64,000 bases of DNA from Candidatus Atabeyarchaeum deiterrae. GTDB taxonomy: Archaea > Asgardarchaeota > Atabeyarchaeia > Atabeyarchaeales > Atabeyarchaeaceae. Shown here in pieces: positions 7,918-19,155 of this stretch. The translations under genes were made by a program, and so were the position numbers. Numbering within the stretch: the stretch's first letter is position 1; each line of letters starts with the position of its first letter. The DNA is taken from assembly GCA_037310415.1 (NCBI GenBank), contig CP147780.1, positions 1,248,001-1,312,000 of the forward strand. The letters are read 5' to 3'. A model generated the notes under the pieces. That model made no database searches, was not told where the DNA came from, and was given only the letters and a program-made list of their open reading frames with translations.

Positions 7918-10176
7918 ATGGTCTTGGAAATGGAAAGCGGGTACGAGACAATTGAACTTGATGTCCGCAATTACATATCTCCAGAATGTTCCTGCAAGAT
8001 AGAAGATATAGTAAACGCTGTTGAACATGTCGTGGACGCTAGCTTTGATCCTGTCAACAACTTGCTCAAAGTCCGAGTTCACAGAGGCATGATTTCTGCC
8101 AAAGATATAACAAGAGAATTAGGGCGATGCAGGGTTAGTTGCGAAGAACGTAAATCTGTTCATGAAATGGCACACATGGAACATGAAGCCATGAAGATGA
8201 AGAAGCCTGCCGCGCATGATCACCACGCCATGATGGAGGCTGAAATGAAAAGGCATTTCATCGTGGCGGCGATTTTCACGATTCCGGTTCTGATCCTCTC
8301 ACCGTCGATTCAGATGTGGCTTCGCTATACCCTGCCTCCATTTTCTTACTGGAGTCTTCTTCTTGTTCTCTGCGCTTCTGTTGTGATCTTGTATGGAGGC
8401 TTTGTCTTCTACAGGGACTCGATTAGAGCTCTTAGGATGCGCAGTCTTGACATGAATGTTCTAGTGAGCATTGCACTTTTGTCGGCATACTTGTACAGTT
8501 TGGGGTCAACTTTCCTATTCGTTGCCCCTGATTTCTACTGGGAGATAAGCACGCTAGCAACTTTCATTCTATTTGGTCATTGGATGGAAATGAAGGCCGT
8601 GAGAAGCGCTTCGGGAGCCTTAAAAGAACTTGTGAAATTGATTCCACCAATGACCAATGTGATGCGAGATGGTGAGATCTTTTCAGTACCTACCTTCAAG
8701 GTCAAGGTGGGCGACATCGTTCTCATTAGGCCTGGAGGGAATATTCCAGTGGACGGCCAAGTGATAGAAGGAGAGACCTCGGTGAACGAGGCTATGGTGA
8801 CCGGTGAGTCAAAGCCAGTTGAGAAGCGGAAAGGAAGCGAAGTTGTTGGGGGTACAATAAATGTTGAAGGCGCTATCCAGGTTCGGGTCACGAAGACAGG
8901 AGAACAGACAGCTATAGCCCAAATTATCAGACTTGTGGAGCAAGCCATTACATCCAAGCCCAAAGTCCAGAAACGTGCAGACCGGGCAGCTAGCTATCTC
9001 ACCCTAACGGCAATCATTGTAGGCGCTGGAACATTCTTCTTCTGGTTTTGGGTCAGAGCGGATAGCCTTTTTGCCCTAACACTGGCAATAACCGTAATAG
9101 TCATTACCTGTCCGCATGCTCTGGGTTTAGCCATCCCCACGGTTACGTCAGTATCCACAACAATTGCTGCTAAGAAGGGAATCCTCATCAAGAATGCCGA
9201 TGCCCTAGAAATCGCAAAAACAGTTGATATCATAGTTTTCGACAAAACAGGAACTTTGACGAAGGGTGAATTCGGCGTTACAGACATCGTTAAGCTGGGA
9301 GACTGGAGCGAAAAAGAAATCATTGAAACTGCTGCCGCCATAGAGATAAATTCAGAGCACGTTATAGCAAGAGGAATAGTGAATAAGGCAAAGGAAGCGG
9401 GCTTACACAGAATGAGAGCTGAGAGTTTTACAGCTATCCCCGGAAAAGGCGCCAAAGCCATCATTAACAAGGACGAGGTATACGTCGGCAACATGAGTCT
9501 GCTGAAGGATCTGAAGCTAGCTGCCGAAAAGTATAGCGACATAATTACGAAGCTTTCATTTCAGGGCAAGACAGTCGTGTATGTGGCCACCCACAGGAAA
9601 CTTCAAGGCCTAATAGCAATGGCAGACCTGATAAGAGACGAATCGAAAGAAGCAGTCAACACTCTCAAACAACTTGGTTTGGAAGTAGCCATGCTCACCG
9701 GGGACAATAAACAGACGGCTGCGTACGTCGCCAAAGAGTTGAATCTAGACACTTACTTCGCTGAAGTCCTACCCGAACAAAAAGCGAACACAATAAAGAG
9801 ATTGCAGAGTCGAGGGAAGAGAGTGGCTATGGTTGGTGATGGCATAAATGACGCGCCTGCATTGGTCCAAGCGAATGTTGGAATAGCGATCGGGGCAGGT
9901 ACGGACGTTGCAGTGGAATCAGCAGATGTTGTCCTAATCAAGAATGACCCTAGGGATGTCTCCAAGCTGATTAACCTCAGCAAGAAAACAATGCGCAAGA
10001 TGAACGAAAACCTGGTGGGGGCTACCGGCTACAACGTTCTAGCAATTCCAATTGCTGCTGGCATACTCATACCGTTTGGACTAGTCTTGAGACCGGAGTT
10101 TGCCGCTATAACCATGTCCCTAAGCTCAATAACTGTGGTTCTCAATGCTCTTCTTCTGAGAAGAGCGAAGATCTAG
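7918..10176 (+). CDS. copB: P1B-3 (CopB-type) copper ATPase with His/Met-rich N-terminus
   Basis: [27 protein letters not shown]; HEMAHMEHEAMKMKKPAAHDHHAMM; degenerate HMA-like domain at the N-terminus; start approximate (track 7891). Confidence 0.92.
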   Translation: MVLEMESGYETIELDVRNYISPECSCKIEDIVNAVEHVVDASFDPVNNLLKVRVHRGMISAKDITRELGRCRVSCEERKSVHEMAHMEHEAMKMKKPAAHDHHAMMEAEMKRHFIVAAIFTIPVLILSPSIQMWLRYTLPPFSYWSLLLVLCASVVILYGGFVFYRDSIRALRMRSLDMNVLVSIALLSAYLYSLGSTFLFVAPDFYWEISTLATFILFGHWMEMKAVRSASGALKELVKLIPPMTNVMRDGEIFSVPTFKVKVGDIVLIRPGGNIPVDGQVIEGETSVNEAMVTGESKPVEKRKGSEVVGGTINVEGAIQVRVTKTGEQTAIAQIIRLVEQAITSKPKVQKRADRAASYLTLTAIIVGAGTFFFWFWVRADSLFALTLAITVIVITCPHALGLAIPTVTSVSTTIAAKKGILIKNADALEIAKTVDIIVFDKTGTLTKGEFGVTDIVKLGDWSEKEIIETAAAIEINSEHVIARGIVNKAKEAGLHRMRAESFTAIPGKGAKAIINKDEVYVGNMSLLKDLKLAAEKYSDIITKLSFQGKTVVYVATHRKLQGLIAMADLIRDESKEAVNTLKQLGLEVAMLTGDNKQTAAYVAKELNLDTYFAEVLPEQKANTIKRLQSRGKRVAMVGDGINDAPALVQANVGIAIGAGTDVAVESADVVLIKNDPRDVSKLINLSKKTMRKMNENLVGATGYNVLAIPIAAGILIPFGLVLRPEFAAITMSLSSITVVLNALLLRRAKI

Positions 10177-10377
10177 GATCTTACATTTAAACTTGGTTGC
10201 TCGGGTCTAGCTGCCGCTGATGAGGCGATTCTGAAAGCAAGGACAAAGGACGTAGTTCCAGACACCCTTAGACTCCACGGATACGATCTGCTGGCTGTGA
10301 TTGTGGGACATCATCAATCCGTCGCTACACCTGAGTCTCGGTTCTCCAGTCGTTTTCCCATAGTTCCTCAACTATTT

Positions 10378-12897
10378 CTACTTTAGGTATGATGGTTGTA
10401 TGTTTGTTCTTCTCAATAGATTAGCATTGGAGACTACAGATATGGAGCTTAAGGCCATGCTTAACTCTGCCAAAACTGGATGCAAAAGACCAAGAATCGC
10501 AAGTGGAATCATTACAGTGTTATAGATCATCGCCCAGAAGAGGTTCTGCTTTATTTTCCTAAATGTGGCTTTTGAAAGTTTTATAGCACTCACGAGGCCA
10601 GAGATGTCTCCTCTAACTAGGATTATGTCTCCAGCTTCTATTGCGATGTCTGTTCCTGTGCCAATAGCGATTCCCACATTAGCCTCGGTGAGTGCCGGTG
10701 CATCGTTTATTCCGTCGCCAACCATCGCAACCATACCATACTTCTTCTGCACTTTCTTAACTACATCAACTTTCTGGTCCGGCATTACCTCTGCATGAAC
10801 CTCGCTGATGCCGACTTGTTTAGCAATGGCTTCGGCTGTTTTGCGGTTGTCTCCCGTGAGCATTATTGTCTTCAAACCAATTCTGCCGAGCTCTCGCACC
10901 GCATCAGCAGTGTCATCTTTAAGAGTGTCGGCAATCCCAATTATCCCAATGATCTTCTTCTTTACTGCTACGACTACTGTTGTCTTCGCTTCTCCCTGCA
11001 ACTTCTTGAATCTCTTCTGAACATTCGGGGTATCCGTGTCTGCTTCAAGCATCTCAGGTTTGCCGACCAGAACTTCAGCACCGTTCACTGAACCTTCTAC
11101 CCCCATTCCCTTCACTGCTTTGAAAGATTTGGGCTCGTCTAGCCGTATGCCTTTCTCTCGCGCCTTGTTGACAACAGCTTGAGCTAGAGGGTGTTCGGAT
11201 CCTTGCTCGAGACTTGCTGCGTAGTACAGCACTCTCTCTTCGCCGTCTGGGTTGTTGCCAAAAGCTACAATATCTGTGACTTCCGGTTTGCCCTTGGTCA
11301 AGGTTCCCGTTTTGTCTAGTATCACTGCTTTTACTTCCTTAGCTGTTTGAATAGCTTCCCCTTTCCGTATCAAGATTCCACGTTCTGCGCCCATGCCAGT
11401 GCCCACCATGAGCGCAGTAGGAGTTGCTAGACCCAACGCGCAGGGACAAGCAATAACAAGGGTCGCAACGGTGGCAGAAATTGCGAGCATAAGAATCCCT
11501 TGGCCTAAATTAACCCAAGGCAAGTAAGGAGCAGCTGCCTTAGCTACGATCTCAATAGCTTGGGTGACGACAATCCACGAGATGAACGTAGACAAAGCGA
11601 CTAACAAAATCACAGGGACGAAGTATCTAGTGACCTTGTCAGCGAAGGCTTGAATAGGAACTTTCGTTCCTTGAGCTTCCTCAACCATCTTTATGACTTG
11701 CGAAAGGAAAGTATCTTCGCCAATCTTCGTAGCTCTTACTTTCAACAGCCCTTCTTGGTTGACTGTTGCACCAATGACCTCATCGCCAGTTTTCTTGAGA
11801 ACTGGCATTGATTCTCCTGTTGCCATTGATTCATCAATGGAGCTCTCCCCTTCAACGACTACACCATCCGTCGGTATCTTCTCACCGGGGCGAACAACCA
11901 TTATATCGCCAATCTTCACATCCTGTATGCGAACCTTCTTCTCTCTACGCTTAACGAGGATCCTAGCAGATTTGGCCTCCAGAGTCATTAACCGTTTAAT
12001 AGCTTGGGAACTCCTTCCCCTAGCCTTCGCCTCAACATACCTACCCGTCAGATGGAAGGACATGATCATGCCACCGACGCCAGCATAGTTTAGGATCGAT
12101 GTGAAGAAGACAGGGGGTCCAGTAAGGAACGATATGATAGTTCCCATCATGATGAGAACATCCATGTTAGCGTCCTTATGGATAATCGACTTCACAGCAG
12201 ATCTCTGCGTTGTGAACCCCGCCCCAAAAACCACTGGTGCAGCCAGCAGTATAATGCCAAAATTATATATCGTGAAATCAGGCCACATCAAACCCAGAAA
12301 CATGTCTGGAATCATCCAGGCAATAATAGGTATCGTGAACAACCAAGCAACAAACATTCTTCTGCGGGCACGCTTCATCTCCTCAACAGACCTATCAACT
12401 TCCTCCTCCGATTCAACCCCATAGCCCGCGTTTTTGATAGCCTTCCGAAGATCAAATAGTGAGACTTCATTTGGATAGTATTCCACAACCGCCTTTTCAT
12501 TCGCGATACTGACGTTGGCCGACTTTACACCTTTGACTCTCTTTAGAGCCCTCTCTACTGTTGCCGAACAAGAGGTGCAAGTCATGCCAGTTACCTTAAT
12601 GATGATCTTTCGAGTTTCCTTTTTCTCTCCTTCCTTAGGGATTCCTATTGGCTCGTAACCAGCATCCCTTATTGCTTTGCCGATTTTTTCAAGGCTCACC
12701 TTGGTAGGATCATATTCTACGATTGCTTTCTCGGTAGTAAGACTTACGTTGGCTACCGCTATTCCTTTCTCGCGTTTTAGACGACTTTCGATCGTCTGTG
12801 CGCAGGAAGCGCAGTGCATTCCGCCAATTCTGACGCTCGTTTTCTCTTTCGTTTTATCATCTTGTTTGGTCATATGGGGAGCCTCTACTGTCACCAT
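10378..12897 (-). CDS. copA: Cu(I)-translocating P1B-1 ATPase with two HMA domains
   Basis: GMHCASC and [37 protein letters not shown]. Confidence 0.95.
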   Translation of the reverse strand: MVTVEAPHMTKQDDKTKEKTSVRIGGMHCASCAQTIESRLKREKGIAVANVSLTTEKAIVEYDPTKVSLEKIGKAIRDAGYEPIGIPKEGEKKETRKIIIKVTGMTCTSCSATVERALKRVKGVKSANVSIANEKAVVEYYPNEVSLFDLRKAIKNAGYGVESEEEVDRSVEEMKRARRRMFVAWLFTIPIIAWMIPDMFLGLMWPDFTIYNFGIILLAAPVVFGAGFTTQRSAVKSIIHKDANMDVLIMMGTIISFLTGPPVFFTSILNYAGVGGMIMSFHLTGRYVEAKARGRSSQAIKRLMTLEAKSARILVKRREKKVRIQDVKIGDIMVVRPGEKIPTDGVVVEGESSIDESMATGESMPVLKKTGDEVIGATVNQEGLLKVRATKIGEDTFLSQVIKMVEEAQGTKVPIQAFADKVTRYFVPVILLVALSTFISWIVVTQAIEIVAKAAAPYLPWVNLGQGILMLAISATVATLVIACPCALGLATPTALMVGTGMGAERGILIRKGEAIQTAKEVKAVILDKTGTLTKGKPEVTDIVAFGNNPDGEERVLYYAASLEQGSEHPLAQAVVNKAREKGIRLDEPKSFKAVKGMGVEGSVNGAEVLVGKPEMLEADTDTPNVQKRFKKLQGEAKTTVVVAVKKKIIGIIGIADTLKDDTADAVRELGRIGLKTIMLTGDNRKTAEAIAKQVGISEVHAEVMPDQKVDVVKKVQKKYGMVAMVGDGINDAPALTEANVGIAIGTGTDIAIEAGDIILVRGDISGLVSAIKLSKATFRKIKQNLFWAMIYNTVMIPLAILGLLHPVLAELSMALSSISVVSNANLLRRTNIQPSYLK

Positions 12898-13120
12898 ATC
12901 TTCAGTGCATCAGGAATCTTCAGAATTCACTTCCACTAATTAAGCTTCATGTCTGTCATAACAATTGTTGTAAGTGGAGGTTGTTACTAACTTGTTCATA
13001 TCGTTCTTGCTTTTGGAAGTTTCATTTCTCTCTCCGTATGCGTTGAGAACTCGTTAGAGTTATCTATGAGGATAACTAGACTACTCGATTGTCTACGATT
13101 CGCATCAGAAGGTTGGAACA

Positions 13121-15085
13121 ATGACAACTGTAGGGGAGAATCAGTTTTCGCATGAAGCATGGTGTGTCTGCAAGCTCAAACATGACATCCGGGTGGAGAG
13201 CAAGATTGAGCTTGCAAAAAGAGAGGTTGAAACATCTCTAGAAACGAGTGTCCAGACTCTTACCACCTTGCCAACCCTGTTCAAGAGCGATCCGTTCTCA
13301 AAGCTTGATGACAAGGTCATTGATCGAATGACAAGACTACTCTACTTGGGGAAAGCGCATGGCTTTGTGACTCGAGTGCGAGATCTGACTTTACTAGCCA
13401 GACTTGCAAGAATGGCTACCTATCTGAGAGAGATTTACGGCATCATCAACACATCCAAGAGCAATCTCACCAAGATAGTAAGAACGCTGAGTCCTCGCAG
13501 TGTGAAGCCGGAAAATGCACTCGAAGTGGATCGCTTCCTTACTCTTTCGCCAACCATCCAGATGTACAATCAGCCACCTGAACGCGGTTCATTCTTGACA
13601 ACAATATTCTTCACCCCTCTGCAAACATTGCTAGAGTACGCTTCAGAGGTTACAAAACTACCCTACGTGACCTTTACCAAACAATTCACCAACATCAGCG
13701 AAAAGCTAGACAAGATGGAAGAAGGTGTGGAAAGAGGTATACAGAACCTCCTCCATCATCTGATGTCTAACTCTAAGAGAATGCCTTGGCTTGGTCTGTT
13801 CAAAGAACACATTGGAGACTATATTGACTGGGCTTTCTCAGATTTCAGAACATGGGGACTACATTTCATCCACAAACATGAGGGAAAAGCTGACCCTTGG
13901 CTAGCGAGATCAGCCTTGAACCTCCTTCAAGTTAGAGAGGGAGCCAACGTCCTTGACCCATTCTGCGGTTCAGGGTCGTTCATAGCAGATGCACCACTTC
14001 TGAACATTAATGCAATTGGCGTAGACGTTAACCCCCTATCAGCTATGATCGCTAGAACAAAATGCAACCTCTCCAACATTCCCCTTCATCAGCTTAAAGA
14101 GTCTCTACTGAAGGCTCTGAAAAAGTCGTCCGAAGCTAACAACACAAGCGGTAGAATCGAATCCCTCGAACTTGATGATGATAGTGTAAAGAAGTTTCCA
14201 TGTGTCAGAGACGTGATTCCTGAGTTCTTATCGATCAAAGACGCGATTGACGACGTATCCGGAGAGGGACTAGTCAGAGACTTTCTGTATTCGATGCTCA
14301 GTCGATCGATAGTCGAGGCCAGCGCCAAGCAGGAGAAGAGATCAATAATAAGGAAAAACTTCGAGAAGGACGCCATTGCCTTCTACCTGTACGCATACGC
14401 TTCGCAGGAAATCCTGCGCACATTGAACATTAACGTTGAAGGCAAAATCACAATATTCACCGCGAATGCTCTCGACATTAAGTCGCTATTGGATAGTGAG
14501 ATTGATGGGATAGTCACTTCGCCACCTTACTTCGATGCACTAGACTATGTGGGCTTCTCCAAATTGCCGATTGCGATTCTTGGATTGAAAGGCAATAACG
14601 AGCGTCTTGAAACTGAGACAATAGGATCCAAAGATAGAATGGCAAGTGATGTTGACCCGAAGTCGTTGGGCAACCAGTTGCCTGAATCGAGCAGATCACT
14701 CGTGGCAGAGCTCGCCAGATCTGGAAGAAGGAAGAAAGCGAGAGTTGTGCTTCAATATCTAACTGACATGGAAAAATCGCTCCAAGTATTCTCGGAAGTA
14801 TTGAGAGAGAAGTCTAGGATTATATTCGTAGTTGGCAAATACCATCAATGGAAGATTGGCAACAGTATCATGCAGATGGATGGCGCGCAAGTACTGATAG
14901 ACATCGGAGAACACATCGGGCTCGTTCTCGAAGAAGAGTTACCCCATGATATTTCCAAGATAGAAGCGGGTAAGAGAATAAAGGAAGAATCGATAATCAT
15001 ATGGAGAAAAGATGACAAAGCAAAAAGCAAGCGGGACCCCGCTAGATCAAAGAGCATTCTCAAGAGCATTAGTGAAAGAAGCTGA
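13121..15085 (+). CDS. Amino-methyltransferase, most likely N4-cytosine DNA MTase, with unknown N-terminal ~230 aa
   Basis: HFIHKHEGK, VLDPFCGSGS (motif I), VTSPPY (motif IV), EESIIIWRK end motif. Confidence 0.75.
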   Translation: MTTVGENQFSHEAWCVCKLKHDIRVESKIELAKREVETSLETSVQTLTTLPTLFKSDPFSKLDDKVIDRMTRLLYLGKAHGFVTRVRDLTLLARLARMATYLREIYGIINTSKSNLTKIVRTLSPRSVKPENALEVDRFLTLSPTIQMYNQPPERGSFLTTIFFTPLQTLLEYASEVTKLPYVTFTKQFTNISEKLDKMEEGVERGIQNLLHHLMSNSKRMPWLGLFKEHIGDYIDWAFSDFRTWGLHFIHKHEGKADPWLARSALNLLQVREGANVLDPFCGSGSFIADAPLLNINAIGVDVNPLSAMIARTKCNLSNIPLHQLKESLLKALKKSSEANNTSGRIESLELDDDSVKKFPCVRDVIPEFLSIKDAIDDVSGEGLVRDFLYSMLSRSIVEASAKQEKRSIIRKNFEKDAIAFYLYAYASQEILRTLNINVEGKITIFTANALDIKSLLDSEIDGIVTSPPYFDALDYVGFSKLPIAILGLKGNNERLETETIGSKDRMASDVDPKSLGNQLPESSRSLVAELARSGRRKKARVVLQYLTDMEKSLQVFSEVLREKSRIIFVVGKYHQWKIGNSIMQMDGAQVLIDIGEHIGLVLEEELPHDISKIEAGKRIKEESIIIWRKDDKAKSKRDPARSKSILKSISERS

Positions 15086-15111
15086 GTGACCATTACCTGA
15101 ATATATCTCTA

Positions 15112-17244
15112 CTATCTTAGCTCTAGCTCCAGTGATGACTGGAGACCGTTCATTATATCTTCTGATTCGATTTCTCCCATTGCTTCAAGCAGCGTCGTAT
15201 CAATGCCTCTTCTATAATCTGACCCCAACTGAGACTTTACAGGTGGGAGCTTAAGTTCTGAGAAGTGATCAACAGACTCCCCAAGCGCCAGTAGGGTTTC
15301 TCTTTCGAGCGAGTTGACGTTGATTATTGGCATCTTCAAGTAGTCTTCTATGAGAAGCCGCGTCCAGTTCTTGCTTATTCTCCTACTTCCAATTACGAAA
15401 TATGCTATGAATAGTGTGCTGTTGAACCACGCCGCTAATGCCTTGTCCTTGAGTTGATCGTTTAGTGATACGATATGGAAGTCCTTTGAAGCGCTTAGAG
15501 GTGCGCGCGAGTAACATGCAAACACTCCACGGTTCCTAAATGAAGGATCAATCTTGTCTGGCAAGAAGACTCTTCCGAATGGTTTCTTGACATTGATCTG
15601 TTTATGAACGTGACTGTACCATTTATCCCCAAGCGCGTTGATAGCAGGGAGAGCCGTTTGACTTCGCTTACCCCAATCCATGTACTTCACGAGGTCGTTC
15701 GGTGGCCTCCCAGCGAAATCAGGAGGAATGCATAAGAGGTAATGTGACACGCGTGGACTCATCGTTTCAAAATAAAGCTTAGGTCTTCTCAATGCAGGCA
15801 CAAGGTACTCCCTTGGTATCTCGAGGTCAACTCCATCTTCACTACTTTGCACAGCTACTGTTTCAACGGTTTCTTGAATGATGTTCCAGTATCTGTTTGG
15901 AACAAAGAAGAAGTCTGGGCCATACATCTCAACCCCCCGCATGATGCTGTTCTTGCCGAGGATATCTTTCCAGAATCCAACTGTCCCCCTCTCCATAGCA
16001 TTGGCAAGTATCTTTGTCAATAGTTCTCTCAATCCTTTTTTGCCAAAGAAAGCCAGCCAATTCTGTTCCCAGAACGCGGATCTTGTAGTCAGATCAATCC
16101 AATTTACGCCATCATTACTAGATGCGTACTGTGAGATCAATTCTTCCGTCAATCGAATAGGGCTCTGACCATCAGCTTTCATTGTGATGAATGCGGTCTC
16201 ATTTCTCGATACAGATCCAGCCTTTGTTGCCACAAGGATGATCTCTTTGAACCCGCTGTACGCTGAAAAAGATGTTTCGATTGTACCTTCGATGAATGCA
16301 TTGAGTCGATATTTCTCAAGCAACATACTCTTGGCTGCTTCACCATAGACCGTGTAGAAGGTCGAAGCAGGTAGGACGGATACCATCAAACCGTTTCTAT
16401 CTAACAAGTAGTCCATTAAGAAGAGTGATACCAGCTGAAGGTTAAGCTGTTGTCGTGTCAAGTACTTGCTATAACCCAGTAAATCTACTGTGTCTCTGAG
16501 AAGATCTCTGTAGTCAGGTTCCAGAAGCTCCCATCTGGTGAATGGAGGGTTTGTGACCAATACATCAACCAAATGACTATTCATGCTAGTTTTTGTCCTT
16601 CGCGAGGTGGAATTAGTGAGTAGATCTCTGCGTACGTTCTCGAATATGTCTCCAACCCTTACACTAATCTTGCTCCGATCTCCTCGCAAGTAGTAGAGGA
16701 TTGCAGAGTAAGCGACCAGTGCAGATAACGGATGAGGTTCGACACCCCATACTCTCTTCACCAGAGAGGAATCCAGATGTTTCAGCGTCTCTGTAACAGT
16801 AAGCCCAGAGCCTAGAAAAGGATCGGCAAGTCTAACTGGGGCTCCCCGCTTCTTGACCGAGTCGGCAACTGTCTGAGCCATCAACTGCAAACCACTAGCC
16901 TTCGTGAAGTAGGCCGCGAGTCTTTTTCTCCTTTGCCGATTAATCAGCTTTTGCACTCCAACTTGATTCTCATATATGTCATTCTCAACAAGTATAGCTT
17001 CCTTATTCTGGACAAGCCTGCTCAGGAGCGCAATATGGTTGGTGGATAACCTTCCCAGCGACTTCATCTGAGGGAAATCTGCGTCTCTGATGATGGATCG
17101 TAGGTTTCTGCTCGGCAGAGACTTGCATATCGCTGCTAACGCTGTAACAGTAGCTTCGAAGGCTTTCTCTCTATCTTCTACGTCACCAACGCCCAACAAG
17201 GATAGCGCTTTTGCTTTGAGGTCTTCTACAGCTACTTCATACAT
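15112..17244 (-). CDS. N6-adenine DNA methyltransferase (gamma order, TaqI/Eco57I-like) with C-terminal target-recognition region
   Basis: AAYFT, ADPFLGSG, VTNPPFTR, VLPAS, C-terminal AAWFNST. Confidence 0.82.
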   Translation of the reverse strand: MYEVAVEDLKAKALSLLGVGDVEDREKAFEATVTALAAICKSLPSRNLRSIIRDADFPQMKSLGRLSTNHIALLSRLVQNKEAILVENDIYENQVGVQKLINRQRRKRLAAYFTKASGLQLMAQTVADSVKKRGAPVRLADPFLGSGLTVTETLKHLDSSLVKRVWGVEPHPLSALVAYSAILYYLRGDRSKISVRVGDIFENVRRDLLTNSTSRRTKTSMNSHLVDVLVTNPPFTRWELLEPDYRDLLRDTVDLLGYSKYLTRQQLNLQLVSLFLMDYLLDRNGLMVSVLPASTFYTVYGEAAKSMLLEKYRLNAFIEGTIETSFSAYSGFKEIILVATKAGSVSRNETAFITMKADGQSPIRLTEELISQYASSNDGVNWIDLTTRSAFWEQNWLAFFGKKGLRELLTKILANAMERGTVGFWKDILGKNSIMRGVEMYGPDFFFVPNRYWNIIQETVETVAVQSSEDGVDLEIPREYLVPALRRPKLYFETMSPRVSHYLLCIPPDFAGRPPNDLVKYMDWGKRSQTALPAINALGDKWYSHVHKQINVKKPFGRVFLPDKIDPSFRNRGVFACYSRAPLSASKDFHIVSLNDQLKDKALAAWFNSTLFIAYFVIGSRRISKNWTRLLIEDYLKMPIINVNSLERETLLALGESVDHFSELKLPPVKSQLGSDYRRGIDTTLLEAMGEIESEDIMNGLQSSLELELR

Positions 17245-17459
17245 CCTTCTATCATCTTCGACAGTCGGTTAGTCGTGCAGGCTCTTCCCGTATCTCTTGA
17301 TATAGACGTTTCAGAATTATAAAGTGATTCGGAGCTCGTTCATCACCCGACTTTACAGGAGAAGGGAAGCCCACCAATCAGACGGTCTACCGGAGATTGG
17401 AAAGAAAGCGATGGATTGCAGGCTATCTGAGCCTGCACTTCCATTTGAAAAGACTCTTC

Positions 17460-18713
17460 TCACGGGAACAGCCCGAGTTTCGACATCGCGTCGGAAATTC
17501 TCTTAACAGCGATCATGTATGCCGCAATCCGCATTGGCACAATGTACTTCTGAGCCATGTCGTAGACGCCATTGAACGCCTTTACCATCTTGTCTTCAAG
17601 TTTGTCATTGAACTCCTCTTCCTCCCAGGTCTCTCGGTGAAGGTTCTGAACCCACTCGAAGTACGAGCCTAAGACTCCTCCCGAGTTCACTAGAACGTCA
17701 GGAAGGACTAGAATCTTGTTTTTGTTGAGAATCTCATCCGCCTCAGGAGTGGTTGGGCCGTTAGCACCCTCTGCAAGAATTCTACATTTGATCTTCTGGG
17801 CGTTCTCGTCTGTGATCTGGTTTTCCATTGCAGCAGGGACCAGAATATCGCACTTTGTGGTGAGCAGTTCCTCGTTACTTATACTCTTGGTTCCCGGATA
17901 GTCTACCACCGAGCCGGTTTTCTGAGTGTGCTTCACGAGCTCGTTAGCGTTTATTCCATTAGCATTGTGTACCCCGCCTTTCACGTCGCTCGCTGCGATC
18001 ATCTTGGCTCCCATTTCTTGCAGTATTACTGCTGTCCATGTTCCGACATTACCGTAGCCTTGCACGGCGAAGTTCACCTTGGTCAAATCGATCCCGAGTT
18101 TCTTGCAGGCTTCACGAATACAAATGGCTACTCCTCTCCCAGTTGCGGTTGTTCTGCCCACGCAGCCCCATAGCTCTAAGGGTTTTCCTGTAACGACCTC
18201 TGGAACCATGTGTCCAACTGCCATGGAGTAGGTGTCCATTATCCAAGCCATTTCTCGCGGACCAGTGTAGACATCCGGAGCTGGGACATCAACATAAGGA
18301 CCAATGAAATCTCTAATTTGGAAAGCATACCGTCTAGTCATCCTCTCAAGCTCACCGACCGACATCCTTGTTGGGTCGCAAGCTATGCCTCCTTTAGCTC
18401 CTCCGTAGGGAATGTCGATTACAGCGGTTTTGATCGTCATCCAAGCTGCCAGCGCCTTGACCTCGTCAAGGTTTGCGTTAGGATGATATCTTATCCCGCC
18501 CTTGTAGGGACCTCTTGCATCGTTGAACTGTATCCTGTAGCCTGTGAAGACCTTTATTGTTCCGTTGTCCATTCTTACAGGTAAGGAGATTTGCAGGGTC
18601 CTCTTTGGATGTTTAAGCCATTCTACCAAACCAGGATCCAGTCTCAGCTTTTCAGCACACAAATCAAGATTCTTAACATACGTGTCAAACGGGTTGATTT
18701 CTTGTTGCGACAC
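17460..18713 (-). CDS. gdhA: Glutamate dehydrogenase (Glu/Leu/Phe/Val dehydrogenase), copy 1
   Basis: RGPYKGGIRYHP, PYGGAKGG, DVPAPDV, QGYGNVG, EGANGP; GTG start at 18713 after SD GGAGGTG (track 18833). Confidence 0.95.
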   Translation of the reverse strand: MSQQEINPFDTYVKNLDLCAEKLRLDPGLVEWLKHPKRTLQISLPVRMDNGTIKVFTGYRIQFNDARGPYKGGIRYHPNANLDEVKALAAWMTIKTAVIDIPYGGAKGGIACDPTRMSVGELERMTRRYAFQIRDFIGPYVDVPAPDVYTGPREMAWIMDTYSMAVGHMVPEVVTGKPLELWGCVGRTTATGRGVAICIREACKKLGIDLTKVNFAVQGYGNVGTWTAVILQEMGAKMIAASDVKGGVHNANGINANELVKHTQKTGSVVDYPGTKSISNEELLTTKCDILVPAAMENQITDENAQKIKCRILAEGANGPTTPEADEILNKNKILVLPDVLVNSGGVLGSYFEWVQNLHRETWEEEEFNDKLEDKMVKAFNGVYDMAQKYIVPMRIAAYMIAVKRISDAMSKLGLFP

Positions 18714-19155
18714 ACAAACACCTCCTGCTATCACGAGGGAATGACTGGCCATGTTTAGACTGCTGGTAGCTCGGTTATCCCCTCGCTTAGAAGTACCTCC
18801 ATTCAGGTTGTTCTCTATGAATTTACATGTCACAACAATTTGTGGATAGGAGTTCTTATCTTTGTCTGGTCCCGAAATTGACAGAAAAAATCAAGTGCTG
18901 TGCCCAGCCTTGCTGAGACAGGTGGTCATCAGCTTGCAGGAATGCCCTCTCGACGAGTTCGAAGAGTTGACTAGGAATCATCCAGATAGGGTCGAGAATG
19001 GAACTTTTGAGAAGTGGCAGCAAGATCGTTTTATAGCTATTTCGTGAGAATTATCTGCGGGAATAGTCTGTCTCTTGGACATTGCATCGGCGGCTTGCTT
19101 CGTCTGATTGTAGTTGGTCGCCAATATTGGTCAACATCTTTGGCTTGCAGCAACT

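Noticed and set aside
10218-10234. TGATGA…CTGA resembling C/D box elements
   Set aside because: Only one closely spaced pair, with no full C/D'/C'/D layout
3469-12943. Many 60-180 aa ORFs antisense to the ATPases (and to other long genes)
   Set aside because: Shadow ORFs lying within or opposite well-supported genes
12960-12969. Palindrome AACAATTGTT upstream of the third ATPase
   Set aside because: Single AT-rich 10-mer that does not match the GATATATC motif; plausible by chance
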